Of a DNA stretch of 64,000 nucleotides, positions 14,035-27,036 are shown one piece after another. Origin of the DNA: Chrysomallon squamiferum (lineage: Eukaryota > Animalia > Mollusca). The notes below the pieces were generated by a model, which saw nothing but the letters and a program-made list of their open reading frames with translations, had not been told where the DNA came from and did no database searches. The DNA is taken from positions 10,230,001-10,294,000 of the forward strand of contig CM022671.1 of assembly GCA_012295275.1 (NCBI GenBank), in the 5' to 3' direction. Both the position numbers and the translations under genes were made by a program. Positions within the stretch are counted from its first letter, which is position 1, and each line of letters opens with the position of its first letter.

Positions 14035-16138
14035 CCATTTTATTAATATTAGGATTTTATTTTTATCTGTTGATCCATGTATGCATCTATCTTTATATAT
14101 AAAATTTATAATTCCATCAAAACAATTTTCTTTTTTTAATTATTACTTTCATTTAAAAATAACTTAATTTTCATTTCTTAATAATTTTACAATATACAGA
14201 AGATTTATTATCTTCTTTTCGTAAACTGAATTTCAGATACTTTACATTTTCATGATCCTAATAACATATGTATATAACCCTAGTTTTTCCTAAGTTATTC
14301 AAACCTTGTTGAAATTTCATATGATAAAAATTTTATTTCAAATTTTATTTCAAATTTTATTTTTATTTTTATGAAATTTCTGAAAACTGAATAAACAGGT
14401 TGTATTTTGATTTGTATTCAGATATCACTGACATTTACATTATAATATACACAGACACTGGTAACAATATAAAACATATAACAGTTAAATCAATATTAAA
14501 CAGGTTGTTTTCATGTGTTCACTATTCAGTTATGTTTCATAACTGATGCAATCAGAAAAAAAATAAATAATAATAAATAAACAAATTATATTTTACTTCT
14601 AAAACACTCACACAGACCACATTTCTGTATCACATGCATAAAATATTTAATTCAAATTCATATTTATACTTACTATTTTATTTACTGCACTGAATTTTAC
14701 AGCTAAAATCATTAATAACTAAATGGGATTACATAATTCTGTATTTTGTTCTAATTCTATTGCACACATAAAAGAAATGTTTCATTTCCCACACTTTATA
14801 TTTCTATGAAGGTTATAATAGCTGCCATTGTTCATTTAAAAAAAAGAAAAAAAAAAGGATTTAAAATATATAAGAATTTTATTATGTACATGCTCTGCTA
14901 AAAACAATTAGCCTAAAATTGTTTTAAAATGTTTTGCACACTTCAAGATGTTTGTTTTATTTATAAAATATATTTTACATTCGAGTAATTCATTTATATT
15001 CACCAATGAGAATATGTGAACATTGTATTTATCATTAACTGTTTGAATTAAACCATATTCAGCTTAAACATGTTCAAGACATATATTACTCAACATATTT
15101 ACGTTATGCACACATACACATTCACATCGTGCACATATTATACAATATATGTGACATAGTATATTAATAGTATGTACACTAAAGATATTATGACCTGCAA
15201 ATACTTTGGCTATGACTGAAAAAGTTTGGGAATACTTTTAGATGAATACCTTCTTTTTTAATTATTTACATTCACTGCATTCGATACATAGATTATTTCG
15301 ATATTTGTCATATTTGCATACTTTATACGATAAGCGATATCCGTACCACAATACCTCAGATTAAAGATGTAGTTGGTTCCAAATTTCCGATCGTTAAGTG
15401 AGGTATAGTTAAGCGGGAGAGTAATTTACACAGAATTAAGGTTAAAAGCAGTGGTTACTTTCTCACTGATGAAATTTGACAAAAAAAAGGTAAAATAAGG
15501 AGAAATAAAATGGCAGTTTAGACATAACTGATTTAATAGATTATAGATATTAAGTAAAGAGTAAATCATTTACAAATCAATTTATACAAATACATTAAGA
15601 AAGAGTTATATGTCGTTCATTGTGGGTTCCTCTTTGTGGGTTTTGGTTTCATTTAAGATAATGTATTTTGTTTATAAAGTTATTGTCTTCCCATTCTTTT
15701 TATCATCAGCATTTGCCGGTATGCTGTTATTCATTTTGACATATTAGAAGGATAAATTACAAACGAGTTTAAGTCTAAATCGAAGCAGAAGAGAAAAGTG
15801 AATCAGAATTTCAGATGCGCGTATGACCTGTCATCTGATCAACACAGCTGACAGAAGCTCGTGAATGAACAAAAAACAAGAGAAAACGGACTTAAAAACA
15901 TGCATTTATTTCGAGCAATTAACTATTAAATTTCTATTTATATAATTTGTAAAAGAAAAAAGGTTGTTAAAGCGGGATATCGTTAAACGAGATATTACTG
16001 TATTTATAAAATAATAATCGCTTTCCAAATAATCTGGAACAGTTCATTATAATGACTGAGGTAAAACCAAGCATAAGACCACTGAACCACATTTAGCCTT
16101 TTGACGAAATGGGAATTCTACCAGAAGGGAGTAAGCTG
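12087..16138. mobile_element. ~4.05 kb non-autonomous TIR DNA transposon (CAG..CTG termini, hAT-like), copy 1
   Basis: 28-bp imperfect TIRs CAGTGTCTTCCCATCTGGTAGAATTCCC vs (revcomp) CAGCTTACTCCCTTCTGGTAGAATTCCC; TGTAGA duplicated at 12081-12086 and 16139-16144; removing the element restores an intact repeat core ccagtgtgtagacaataa; no transposase ORF seen. Confidence 0.8.
15345..16000. mobile_element. Nested degenerate Tc1/mariner (pogo/Tigger-like) non-autonomous element
   Basis: Right end CGTTAAACGAGATATTACTG|TA (revcomp TA|CAGTAATATCTCGTTTAACG); left end decayed AATACCTCAGATTAA; subterminal CGTTAAG motifs; second copy ~50158-50810. Confidence 0.55.
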
Positions 16139-16501
16139 TGTAGACAATAAAGACAACAGATACTAACAGAAAAAAGAAAAAAGAACACTAAAAAACACAC
16201 TCCTCCACCATAAAAAAGAGAGGAAAAGCCTATCTGAATCAGATAGTGTAATCCAGTGTGGACAATAAAAAATAACAATTATATACTGAAGAAAAAAATA
16301 AAAACAACCACCTGAATCACCTAATACTAAAAGCAAGCCAAAAAAAAATAAAAAATAATAATAATAATAAAATGAAACAAAAAAACCCGGAAAAAAAACA
16401 ACAAAATAAAACAATCAAATAAAAAGACATATTATATAAAACAAAAAAAAATCCAAATATCACATAAAAAAACAATCAGATACTAAAAGCAAATGAACCC
16501 C

Positions 16502-16534
<33 letters not shown>

Positions 16535-17060
16535 AACAAAAAACAATAATAGAATAAAATAAAAAAATAAAGAAAATTGCAAACCCTCCAAACGAGTTGA
16601 ATGCTGTAATCCAGTGTGTAGACAAATTAAATAAATAAATAAAATAAAATAATAAAAGCAAACCCATAACACCTAACAAACTGCCTTAATCAGATACTAA
16701 AGGGGGAGGGAAATAATTTTAAAAATTATAAAAGCAAACCATCCCCTGAAAAAATAACAAACAGCTGGAATCGCATAATGTTATCAATGTATCAGATATA
16801 AAAAGGGAAAATAAAGAATATAAAAAAGAAATAAAAAAACGAAATATATAACAAAAAGCCTGAATCAGATACTATAATCCAGTGTGTAGATAATCCCAAC
16901 AAAAAACCAAGATAAGATTCTGTTAACTAGCTGAAGATAATAAGACAATTAGTCTGAATCAGATACTATTATATTTTGTGTTGACAAAACAAAACAATTA
17001 CATAATAATATCAAGAGTATGGAATGTACAATCTAAATTAGGTATTGCTATACAGAAAAA
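16139..17060 (+). repeat. Continuation of the CCTGAATCAGATAC core/A-rich spacer array
   Basis: Cores at ~16234, ~16600, 16859, ~16953. Confidence 0.85.
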
Positions 17061-17873
17061 AGCATGCAAGACTGAGTCCACTTCACTGCATGCAAGACTG
17101 AGTCCACTTCACTACATGCAACATGACAGAGAGGGTACAATCTTCCAGTCATACTGGTTTCTTCTCACTGCAATTGTATAATGAATCGATTTAAAAATTA
17201 TATATAAAATCAGTGTTTTCAATATATCCAGAATTTAAAAGATAATTTTCACACACACACACACACAACCAATTTTTTTGAAGAAATATACCATAAGAGA
17301 GACTGTTCAGTTCTTAGAAAACTTTGTGTCAATTATTTTTACATGAACACAATTTCTTGACTGAATATTACTACAACACTAGCTATCTCCTATGTCACCT
17401 TTGTTTAAACAATTTAATTAATGTTCCAGATATTTAACATTATGAATGACAGAGACTTAAAAGAGAGGATTAACTAAAGATGTTGCAGATATAAAATGCA
17501 TTGTAAACACAATTTATTTGTATTGAATAGTTTTCTTATTGTGCCCAGTAATCGGTTTTCAATTACTTTCTGGTGATGTATTTTCTCTTGTGATGTCGTG
17601 CTTTTCTCTGTTGGAGGGCTGTTTTCCACTACTAATTTTCCTCTCTAGGAATGACTTTTTTTCCAGTAATAGTTTGTCCGTTCTCTTTTTGGCATGCTTT
17701 TTTCCAATACTTGTTGTTGTGTTTTTCTCTTTAACGTCTTTTCCCTGATACTTGTATTGCTGTGGCACTTGTTTCCATTGATTGGTTTACTGTGGTGTTT
17801 CTTGCGTGTGGTTTACCTCAAAGGTTGGCTGCCATGTCATGCTCTGTTCCTGACTTGTGTTTTCACTGGCAGC

Positions 17874-18080
17874 TATTCCTGGTATGGGTGTTCTCTTATG
17901 TGTATAGTTTTGTGTTCCTGGTAGGTGTGTTCTCATATGTGTATAGTGTTGTATTCCTGGTATGTGTGTTCTCTTATGGGTATAGTGTTGTATTCCTGGT
18001 ATGTGTGTTCTCTTATGGGTATAGTGTTGTATTCCTGGTATGTGTGTTCTCTTATGGGTATAGTGTTGTGTTCCTGGTAT
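17874..18080 (-). repeat. 39-bp tandem repeat (5 full units + partial), can encode EHTYQEYNTIPIR
   Basis: TTCCTGGTA recurs at 17876, 17915, 17954, 17993, 18032, 18071. Confidence 0.92.
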
Positions 18081-18904
18081 CTGTATTGAATGGTGGTTGT
18101 AGTGTTGTGGTCCTAACTGTTCTGAGTAGTGACTGTTGTGTTACCTTCTTCTGAGTAGTGTTGTGTTGCTCTCGTGTACTGAGTGGAGCTTGCACTGCGT
18201 TTCTTGACATGTGGTGGCTGTTTCCCAAAGATAAATGAAAATAAATAAATAAATAAATAAAGAAAGAAAGAAAACAACTTCAAGTTCAGTAATAATGTTG
18301 GAATACACTGACGTTAATAAACCTTAATAAAAGTATTCATTACTATAATATACCCCCACCGTAACACTTCTGTACAGCTACCATCTACAGTGACTGACTA
18401 CATAAACTAACATTAATTGTGTTAAGTGAAAATTGTTCAAGTCAGAGGTAACCATTTAAAAGAAAAAGTACTTGCAGTAAACATCTGTTTTGAGCATAGG
18501 CCCATTTAATCCAGTGGAAAAACCATTCCTGGTAAGATGTAGTCCAACACTTCTTCTCTTGGATACAGTGTTTTACGAAAGATTTTCGGTGAACTAATTA
18601 TAACTGAAGAGAGAGACACAGAGAAAAAACATAAAGAAAGAAATAAAAAAATATAATAAAAAATAAAAATTAAAAAATATATGTAAGAAAAAGAAATAAA
18701 ACATTTATTATATACACTCATTAAAAATACTACTAATACTACTCCTACAACTACTACTACTACTAATGATAATAATAACGATGATGATGACAATGACAAT
18801 TAATAATATTAATAATACTTCTATTACTAGCTCTATTTTTGTTATTTCTTTTGTTGATGTTCCTTTTGTTCTTTTTATTATCATTATCACCATGTAGTAG
18901 TTGC

Positions 18905-18937
<33 letters not shown>

Positions 18938-20429
18938 TCTGATAATAATTACAACGATGTTGAAAATGACAAGTAAATGAATAAATCTTACAGTGTTGGA
19001 CTTGAGCCAGTAGACGAGTTTATGCTCACTGGGAGAGTGGTGGTAGAAAATCCACTGGAATAACTTAACCTGGACAGTGGGGTGATTTTCTTCTCATGTT
19101 TGTGTCACACACCACACAGTTCAGATCCCCCATAGCTAATCCAGTAAAAATATTCAACTTGAGAAATTATGTGCCTGATGTTCAGCGTAAAAATATGACG
19201 TAAAGTAATAAAAATCAACTTATGGGGTGAGGTTATTTCAAGGGATGAGGAGAGGATATTACATAAGGAACAACTAGTTAATGTATTAAGTGATCAGTTT
19301 TATTCTGTCAAGGTGAGAATCCTCCGGCAAGGCTTGCTGATCTTCCTCTATAACTGAATCATTAAGTTTTTTTTATGAAACATTGTGATAATTTATGACA
19401 AAACAGTCGATGGTTCACTCATTAAAAATGTGCACTGGGTAAAAGGCCCCATTACAAGATACTACGCTGTTTTAATATCATAAATATACAAATTTGATTC
19501 CTCTGTGCATAAATTATATTTTATTGCTTAAAATGGGAAAAAGTTGCTAAATGTGTCATGAAACATATGATGTTTGGCCTTTATACCCAACTCCACCCTC
19601 TCTGTACAGATCTCTGAATAAGCCATCACAGTGATATGGTATCTAGTTTAATACCAATATATTCATACTGGATCTGCTGTGTATGCTACCCTAATGATAC
19701 AATCTCTTGCCACAATGTCCAATCTCTGGTCAAATCAGAGCCCTTTGACTGATATCACTGAATTTTATATTGTTAAACATACATAAATAGTTTTATTACA
19801 TTACTTTCTGAGTTCTAACAAAATAGTAAAATATATAACTAATACAAAAACAAAAATATGAACTGCACTAAATAAAAGTGTAGACTGAAGTTAAAAACAG
19901 TGAATACTGCAGCAGTATAATTTTAGGTATACAAATATTACAACAAGGGTCTTTAAATTTATTATAAATACATTTCAAATTAAAATCACTTAATAAAAAA
20001 ATAAAATTAAGAAAAGATTAAAAATATATTACTAAATGTTTCTTTTACTCTTGCAAAAAATACAGCAGTTAAATATTTTAATCATTTGTTTCAAACATTA
20101 ATAGCTAAATAAGTAACACGTTTTGGAAATATACAAGGTGTCTGCATTAAACCTTAAATAAAAAGATAAAATAAATAAACATATATATATATATACACAC
20201 ACACACACATTAAGAAAGATGCACACACACTCATTTATATATTTTTTATTTCACCACAGAATATACAGTATAAAATGCAGTGCAACTAAAACATGCTAAC
20301 ATAACAAAATAAAGTGGTAAATTAAGGTTTTGAAATACAGAAGTCTCCAAATTAATTGTAAAAAGAAAAATTGTTGTGAATATGTTCTATACATTCATAA
20401 TAGTAAACATTTGTTATATAAATACAAAG

Positions 20430-21480
20430 TGTATTTTATGATAACAAACATACAAGAGTACAAAATGTTAAAATAAAATAGAGAAATAAATAAAATCTTT
20501 GAATATTTTTGCATATTCTATGCTTAAATAGTTAAGAGATATTTTCATTTATACAAATATTCCATTTTTGTTCTAATTTAATTGTTCCATTATTTATCTT
20601 ACAAATATATTTATCTGTATAATAATACATGTTCAGAATATTTTGAAACTAGTTAAAGTTAATTGTTGGTATTTGCATTTTGATTTATATATGTACTGCT
20701 TGGCAATTAAAACTATTAAACTGATAATATTATCTATTTCAGAATAATTTGGATTGCCTAAAATAACTGTTTGTGCATTTATATGAAGTGTCACTTTCGT
20801 TCTCAAAAATATCCAGTAACTGTTCCAGAATGTCTGAACATGTTTACATAACAAAACATATGTGCATTAAATCTTCACGAAACATATGACAAAATTCACA
20901 TTTATCTGAATCTTTTATACCATATAATACCAAATACTTATTTGCTGTTAAGATAAATAACAAGATCTTATACTGAAAATATCTAAGCCCTGTGTCTACA
21001 GTTAGCTTGAACAGATGAAGATATATACTTTTCCACTGTTTACCTCAGAACTCTATACCAAAAATATGATCTCATTTTATTTTCACATTTATTTTATGTC
21101 TTGAGGTAGTTTCTATTATACAATCATTGCCAGTTGGCATTAGCAAACAGATCTTTTAAAAATAAAATTCCTTTATTTTCCCATGTCGCATAATAAAAAA
21201 CATTTATCATCAGTTTTAATATGGGAGTTATACCTAATTGGGAGACTAAGTATTTTAGTCTTGTCAGAAAATCTGTTGACTGTCATGGTAATATAATACA
21301 TCTTTTTAGTTTTCATTTTCTTTTCAGTCCATTATTATTAGTTTCTCATGTTGTGATTTTGTAGAAAATTAGGGATATTGATCTTTTTTCTTATATTAAT
21401 GCCATACTTCTATTTCTATTAAAGAATAACATATAAATCAGGAAAGTTAAATGTGAATATCAAACTTAATATTGGAAAGA
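20430..21480 (-). mobile_element. 5'-truncated L1/Tx1-clade LINE, ORF2 C-terminus (zf-RVT), copy 1
   Basis: Peptides LRYFQYKILLFILTANKYL..IKDSDKCEFCHMFREDLMH / CKHVQTFW..VILG..LIAKQYIYKSK..KW match the CxxC..H..C zinc finger and terminal motifs of L1/Tx1 ORF2; ends approximate. Confidence 0.8.
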
Positions 21481-21908
21481 ACATTTTTATAAACAAAGAA
21501 TGAACTGAAATGAGTATCAGCAGCTTAGAAATAACATAAAAGCAAAATAAAATAAAATAAAAAACAATAAACAAAACAAAACTAACTAATATAAATAAAT
21601 AAATAAATAATTTCTCTGCTGATTAACTTAATGAGTAAAAATAAATTATGTTGTGGAGTTGTATGTTTATATCACATTATTCAGCTAAGGTTAGAAACCA
21701 AAAACTCTAAACCAGGAGCTTTAAAAAAAAAAAAAAACCCCTTATTATTAACAACAATTTACTCAGATAATTCATTATGAATACAATTGTTTTCATTTTC
21801 TATTAAATTTTAAGCACTATTCCTTACATTAATTATTAAACACATTAAATGCTAAGACACTAATACTTTCATTAGACAAGTTTATGTGTAAATTTTAATG
21901 TAGATTTC

Positions 21909-21951
<43 letters not shown>

Positions 21952-22417
21952 TTAAAAATAATAATAGTAATAAAGATAAAGAATAAAAAAATGTCATCAG
22001 CATCTAAATGAAACATTACATGTAACAACAGAGCAATGACAGTTATAAGACATTATTAACTCAAAATTAAAATAAGCTTGTTAATGTGACATCACTTACT
22101 ACAGAGTTTTTCTCTGTCACCTTACAGTAACTGTTGTTCAGCAGAGAAAGCTTGTCTGGATACATCTGCTGACAGGAAGAATCTTTTTTTAAGCATCACT
22201 GACAACTTTCTGAAACATAAATAGATAAAAAATAAAAATAAAAACATATAAAGCCTTTTAAAATTAACTCTCTTAAAAAATTGGCAGCATTTATTTATTT
22301 ACTTTTTATAAAATAAACTGTTTTAATTAACTTTCAAATTACCACTGCCCTGATTTCGGTTTAATACACTAATTTACATTATATATAAAAGAGATAGGTA
22401 AAGTCTTGGGTTAATTA

Positions 22418-23935
22418 TGATTTTGCTGTGCAGTTAACTTTGTTTTGGGCCTTGTCTGCCCGCTTTGGGTGTTTAGTCCTGTGCCAGTAGACATGAGGCA
22501 GCATATTTAATCATATGATCCTCACAGAAGGGAGCAGTGCTGTCAGTCCCAGGACTGAGCAAGTGATGTTCTGAATCAGCTCCCTGGATTTAATCGTTAC
22601 CATGTCATTCAAACCCAGCTGCACAATGACAGCATCAGATGGGGGCAGGTGTTTCAACTTTTCTGAAATGAAACTGTCCAGCTCTTACCTTACCATTTTA
22701 CCTCAATAGCTGCCTCTGCAAACCTAGGTTACCTCCACATGGATCTGCCCAGGCCTGGATTTCTGCCCAGTGGACAATAGAAGATCCAATTATCCATGCT
22801 TCATGCTCCCTACAATCAGCAATTTTATTATTTTAATATGACATAAAGTTACATTATACATTTGTGCCAACTACTTATTCCACTAATGTATGTTTTTGAT
22901 GTGGTTGGGCTAATTGCTGTAATGACAGGAATGCAATGAAGTGGACAAAGTGATCCACAGGCACTGGTGATAATGGAGGCAATCCAGATTATGGTAAGTT
23001 CTCCATGTCTAATTTGTCATTGAATTATTTAGCGATCTATCTGCCTCTGTTGTCAAAATTGCCACATGCAGTGATATCTCAGTGGCATTCCATGCTGCTT
23101 CTGGCATCAGCTTCCGAAACTTTCCCCCTGACAACTAGAAATTATGTCTGCTATGAAATTCTGTCTCCCTGGAATGTATTTGGCCTTTATCAGAATATTC
23201 TGTTTTAAAGTTATTAAAACAAGTTTCCTCAATAATGACATTACTATGTGACATTTGATGTTTTCTTATTGACTACAATCACTACTGCCTCACTGTCAAT
23301 GTGAAACACCACCTTCTTGTTATTGAGTCCTTTCCCCCAAATAGTTAAAACAACTAAGGCAGGAAAGAATTCAAGAAAGGTGATATTTCTCAACAAACCA
23401 GAACTGCACCAGTACTGAGGCCAGGACCCATATGCCCAGTTCCATAGGAAAAAGACCCTGAATCCCCTTTCCACCAATCCTGAACTATCAGTATAAAATT
23501 CCAAGGAGTTACTGCTGGTCCAGAACATGTCGGGCATGGCTGTAATCCCATTGTAGTGGTCTAGAAAATCTAACCACATGTTCAAGTCTGCCTTCATACT
23601 TTGTGTAACCTGGATATTGTAATGTTGCTTAGTAACTCCTCTTGTTGCATCAGTTATCCATCTACTAAAAGCCCAGCCTGGTTGAACTACTTAGCAGGCA
23701 AAATTGAGGGACCCAGTTTTTAAAGTAGCCTTTCTTTTCAGGAGAGTAATCTATGAGCTGATTAATTGTAACTATTTGTTCAGAGGCAGGCCCAACACCG
23801 AGAAAAATGAGAACTATGCTGGGACCCACAGTTTTATCTTCTGCATTGGAAATTCCCAACTTGCAAGATATTGTCTGAAAACTTCACATTATCTTGGTAC
23901 AGGCAGCCTAGCTGATATAATTGGTCAAACTTAAA
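22418..23935 (-). mobile_element. Ngaro-type DIRS (tyrosine-recombinase) retrotransposon remnant, copy 1
   Basis: RT C-term (EDKTVGPSIVLIFLGV), RNase H 23244-23597 (DLNMWLDFL..FYTDSSG..ITFLEFFP..FHIDSEAVV), YR N-term (HFIAFLS..KTYISGISSWHK), SGNH ORF (AWIIGSSIVHWA..GGNLGL..VIVQLGLND); frameshifted, 3' end deleted. Confidence 0.88.
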
Positions 23936-25281
23936 AGTTCAGATTTTCTCCATTTTCCTCCACTCCCAAATCCCTTCTAATAAACATACCATAAAAAACA
24001 AATATACAGAAATAAAGATCATTATGTGTTCTTTTAAATGGTGTTGTTGTTTGTATTGTGTGTTAAACCAGACCTTTTAAAACAGACAGAAAAAAAGAGA
24101 GTAAAAATACCCAGATATTTCTAATAGTGAAAAATTTATTTTTAAAATGATTCTGTTAATTAACTTGGTTATTTAGCAGTTGAAAGACTGTTTTTCATTA
24201 ATTTGTATTAAATATATCTCTCCCTCCATTACTCCTTTTGAAAGATGCTCTGCATAATCATAGGCCACAGCTTGTTTAGATGTCCCACTACTTTACAAAA
24301 TAAAAAAATAAATAAATAAATAAAACATAACCACTTACATAGCATTTTATGATGATCATGTAAAACTTTATAAACACTTTACCATATAGAAGGAAATGAT
24401 GAACCTATAATAGGATTAGAACTTAAAATGGATGTCAATGTGAAATTCATAAAGAAACTAATGATATTAATGAAAGAACAAATAAAGACATTTATGAAAG
24501 AATAATGGTATTCATGAATGAAATAAAATTATTTCTTTGAAAGATTATATTCACAATTTTCATGAATACTTACCTAATTCCACTATGATGTTGTTTTACT
24601 CTGATTGATTCCTCTGCAGAAAAAAACAAATAAATAAAATTGATCATTAAACACAACAAAAATGTATTTAATTATAATATGTTTTGTAATCAAAAGACAT
24701 TTTGAATTAATTAAATATTTAACAAATACAAACAATTTATATTTCAAATTATGTTATAATTTTAGTTAGTTTTGTTTTATTATTAAAATACTGTCTTTTG
24801 TAAAAGCACATGAAATGTAATTACAACAAAATATTTAAGAAACAAAAATATATTTTATTTATGGGTGTATATTTTCCACTTAAAAGATATATTTAATTAA
24901 TCTGACGTTTCGTATCAAACAAATCTAGATTCTTTTGATGGTCATGCACAAATAAAGTACGCTAAAAATAAAGCTAATTCAAAATGTCTAAATGTTTTCA
25001 TCATCTGATGTTAATGAGATTTTTCAGCTTAGCTTAAACGTTAAACATGGAATATTAACTTACTAAGTACCTGTATGTTGTATGTGCTGTTATCTGTGTC
25101 TTCCAGCTTAGCCAAAACATCCATCTGCATCACTACCTGAAATATATAATTACAGAGGTGATGTTAAAAGATAATCTTGCAGAGTCCAAGCCAAAAGGAA
25201 ACAAAACATACAAACACTGTTTATAATACTACACCATATCTGTGGAGAAAAAGACAGTTCAAAATAAACTGATACTGTTAT

Positions 25282-25375
25282 CACACACACACACACACAT
25301 ACACACACACACACCTACACACACACACACATGCACCTACACACACACCTACACACACACACAAACACACACACC

Positions 25376-25415
<40 letters not shown>
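25282..25415. repeat. (CA)n microsatellite
   Basis: Direct reading; purer counterpart at 62128-62267. Confidence 0.95.
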
Positions 25416-25416
<1 letters not shown>

Positions 25417-25739
25417 CATAAAAAGGAAGTATGTAAACAAAAAATGATTAATATAGAAAATATAAAAATAAAGTAAAATTCACAAGGAAGAAAGAACATT
25501 AAAAGCTAAAGAAAACACTGATGGAATGAAGGAAATGATTTTAAAAAGAATGTTCAAGTGAACATGGTGACCAGAATATTGAAGCACTATAGGTTACGGT
25601 TCTTGATGTTTCATTTACAATTATATTTTTAACATACTGATTAATTTTATGTTTTATATAAACTTAAATTCATATATGTACAGAATTTAAAGTGTTTTTA
25701 TATGTGTGCATCTTTGCATATGTTTGTATGTATACATGT

Positions 25740-26984
25740 ATGTGTGTATGTGCCTGTGGTAAGTGTGTGTATGTGTGTATGTGGGTGTGGGGGTGTGGGT
25801 ATGTATGTGTGTGGGTATGGGTGTGGGTATGTAGGTGTGTGGGTGTGGGTGTGGGTATGTAGGTGTGTGGGTGTGGGTATATGGGTGTGGGTATGGGTAT
25901 GTAGGTGTGTGGGTATGGGTATGTAGGTGTGTGGGTGTGGGTGTGGGTGTGTAGGTGTGTGGGTATGGGTATGGGTATGTAGGTGTGGGTGTGGGTGTGG
26001 GTGTGTAGGTGTGGGTATGGGTATGGGTATGTAGGTGTGTGGGTGTGGGTGTGTAGGTGTGTGGGTATGGGTGTGGGTATGTAGGTGTGTGGGTATGGGT
26101 ATGGGTATGTGGGTGTGTGGGTGTGGGTATGGGTGTGGGTATGGGTGTGTAGGTGTGTGGGTGTGTAGGTGTGTGGGTGTGGGTGTGTAGGTGTGTGGGT
26201 ATGGGTATGGGTATGTAGGTATGTGGGTGTGGGTGTGGGTGTGTAGGTGTGTGGGTATGGGTGTGGGTGTGTAGGTGTGTGGGTATGGGTGTGGATGTGG
26301 GTATGTAGGTGTGTGGGTGTAGGGTGTGAAGGTGTGTGGGTATGGGTGTGGGTATGGGTATGTAGGTGTGTGGGTATGGGTATGGGTGTGGGTATTATGT
26401 AGGTGTGTGGGTATGGGTATGTAGGTGTGTGGGTGTGTGGGTATGGGTGTGGATATGTAGGTGTGTGGGTATGGGTATGTAGGTGTGTTGGTGTGGGTAT
26501 GTAGGTGTGTGGGTGTGGGTATGTAGGTGTGTGGGTATGGGTATGTAGGTGTGGGTGTGGGTATGTAGGTGTGTGGGTATGGGTGTGGGTATGGGTATGT
26601 AGGTGTGTGGGTGTGGGTATGTAGGTGTATGGGTATGGGTGTGGGTGTGGGTATGTAGGTGTGTGGGTATGGGTATGTAGGTGTGTGGGTTTGGGAGTGG
26701 GTATGGGTATGTAGATGTGTGGGTATGGGTGTGGGTATGGGTATGTAGGTGTGTGGGTATGTAGGGTGTGTGGGTGTGTAGGTATGTGGGTATGGGTGTG
26801 GGTATGTGGGTATGGGTATGGTATGTAGGTGTGTGGGTATGGGTGTGTGTGGGTATGTAGGTATGTGGGTGTGGTTGTGGGTGTGGGTGTGGGTATGTAG
26901 GTGTATGTAGGTGTGTAGGTAGCTGACAGTTAATTTAATAAGATTAAATTTTGGGGCCAATACCTAGTATGTGTACATGTGTGT

Positions 26985-27020
<36 letters not shown>
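25740..27020. repeat. G-rich compound minisatellite (GGGTGT/GGGTAT/GTAGGTGT) ending in (GT)n at the contig end
   Basis: Direct reading; source of the spurious 420-aa H/T/P/Y ORF. Confidence 0.95.
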
Positions 27021-27022
<2 letters not shown>

Positions 27023-27036
27023 CGAGATTAAATAAA

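Larger units (their letters stand above)
17559..25136 (-). pseudogene. Decayed multi-exon gene of unknown family (FN3-like exon, Ser/Thr-rich exon, 13-aa Tyr-repeat terminal exon), copy 1
   Basis: GT-AG bounded exon-like pieces 25071-25136 (VVMQMDVLAKLEDTDNSTYNIQ), 24574-24613, 22126-22209; ~19560-19757 (GIKLDT/YHITVMAYS, FN3-like after frameshift); 18992-~19200 (one TGA); ~18480-18592; ~17559-18225; multiple stops/frameshifts; exons may not all belong to one gene. Confidence 0.5.
12087..25742. repeat. Segmental (or haplotypic) duplication, copy 1
   Basis: Colinear and highly similar to 49202-62598 except ~12510-14968, which is specific to this copy; several copy-specific indels. Confidence 0.95.

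Noticed and set aside
1222-16679. Many F/L/I/Y-rich minus-strand ORFs resembling membrane proteins
   Set aside because: Translations of the T-rich strand of A-rich spacers and (TTA)n tracts; no domain signal
17762-18154. Plus-strand hydrophobic repeat ORF (VFSYGYSVVFLVC)n
   Set aside because: Antisense reading of the 39-bp repeat; nearby splice signals point to the minus strand
19100-19160. Transmembrane helix (IFTGLAMG..) making the pseudogene a receptor
   Set aside because: Needs frameshifts; the continuous frame reads VEYFYWISYGGSELCGV, not a TM segment
25740-26920. Telomeric repeat
   Set aside because: No TTAGGG/TTAGG arrays; likeness to yeast TG1-3 is coincidental
25698-26960. 420-aa His/Thr/Pro/Tyr ORF (extensin-like)
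   Set aside because: Arises from a stop-free GT-rich minisatellite absent from the duplicate copy
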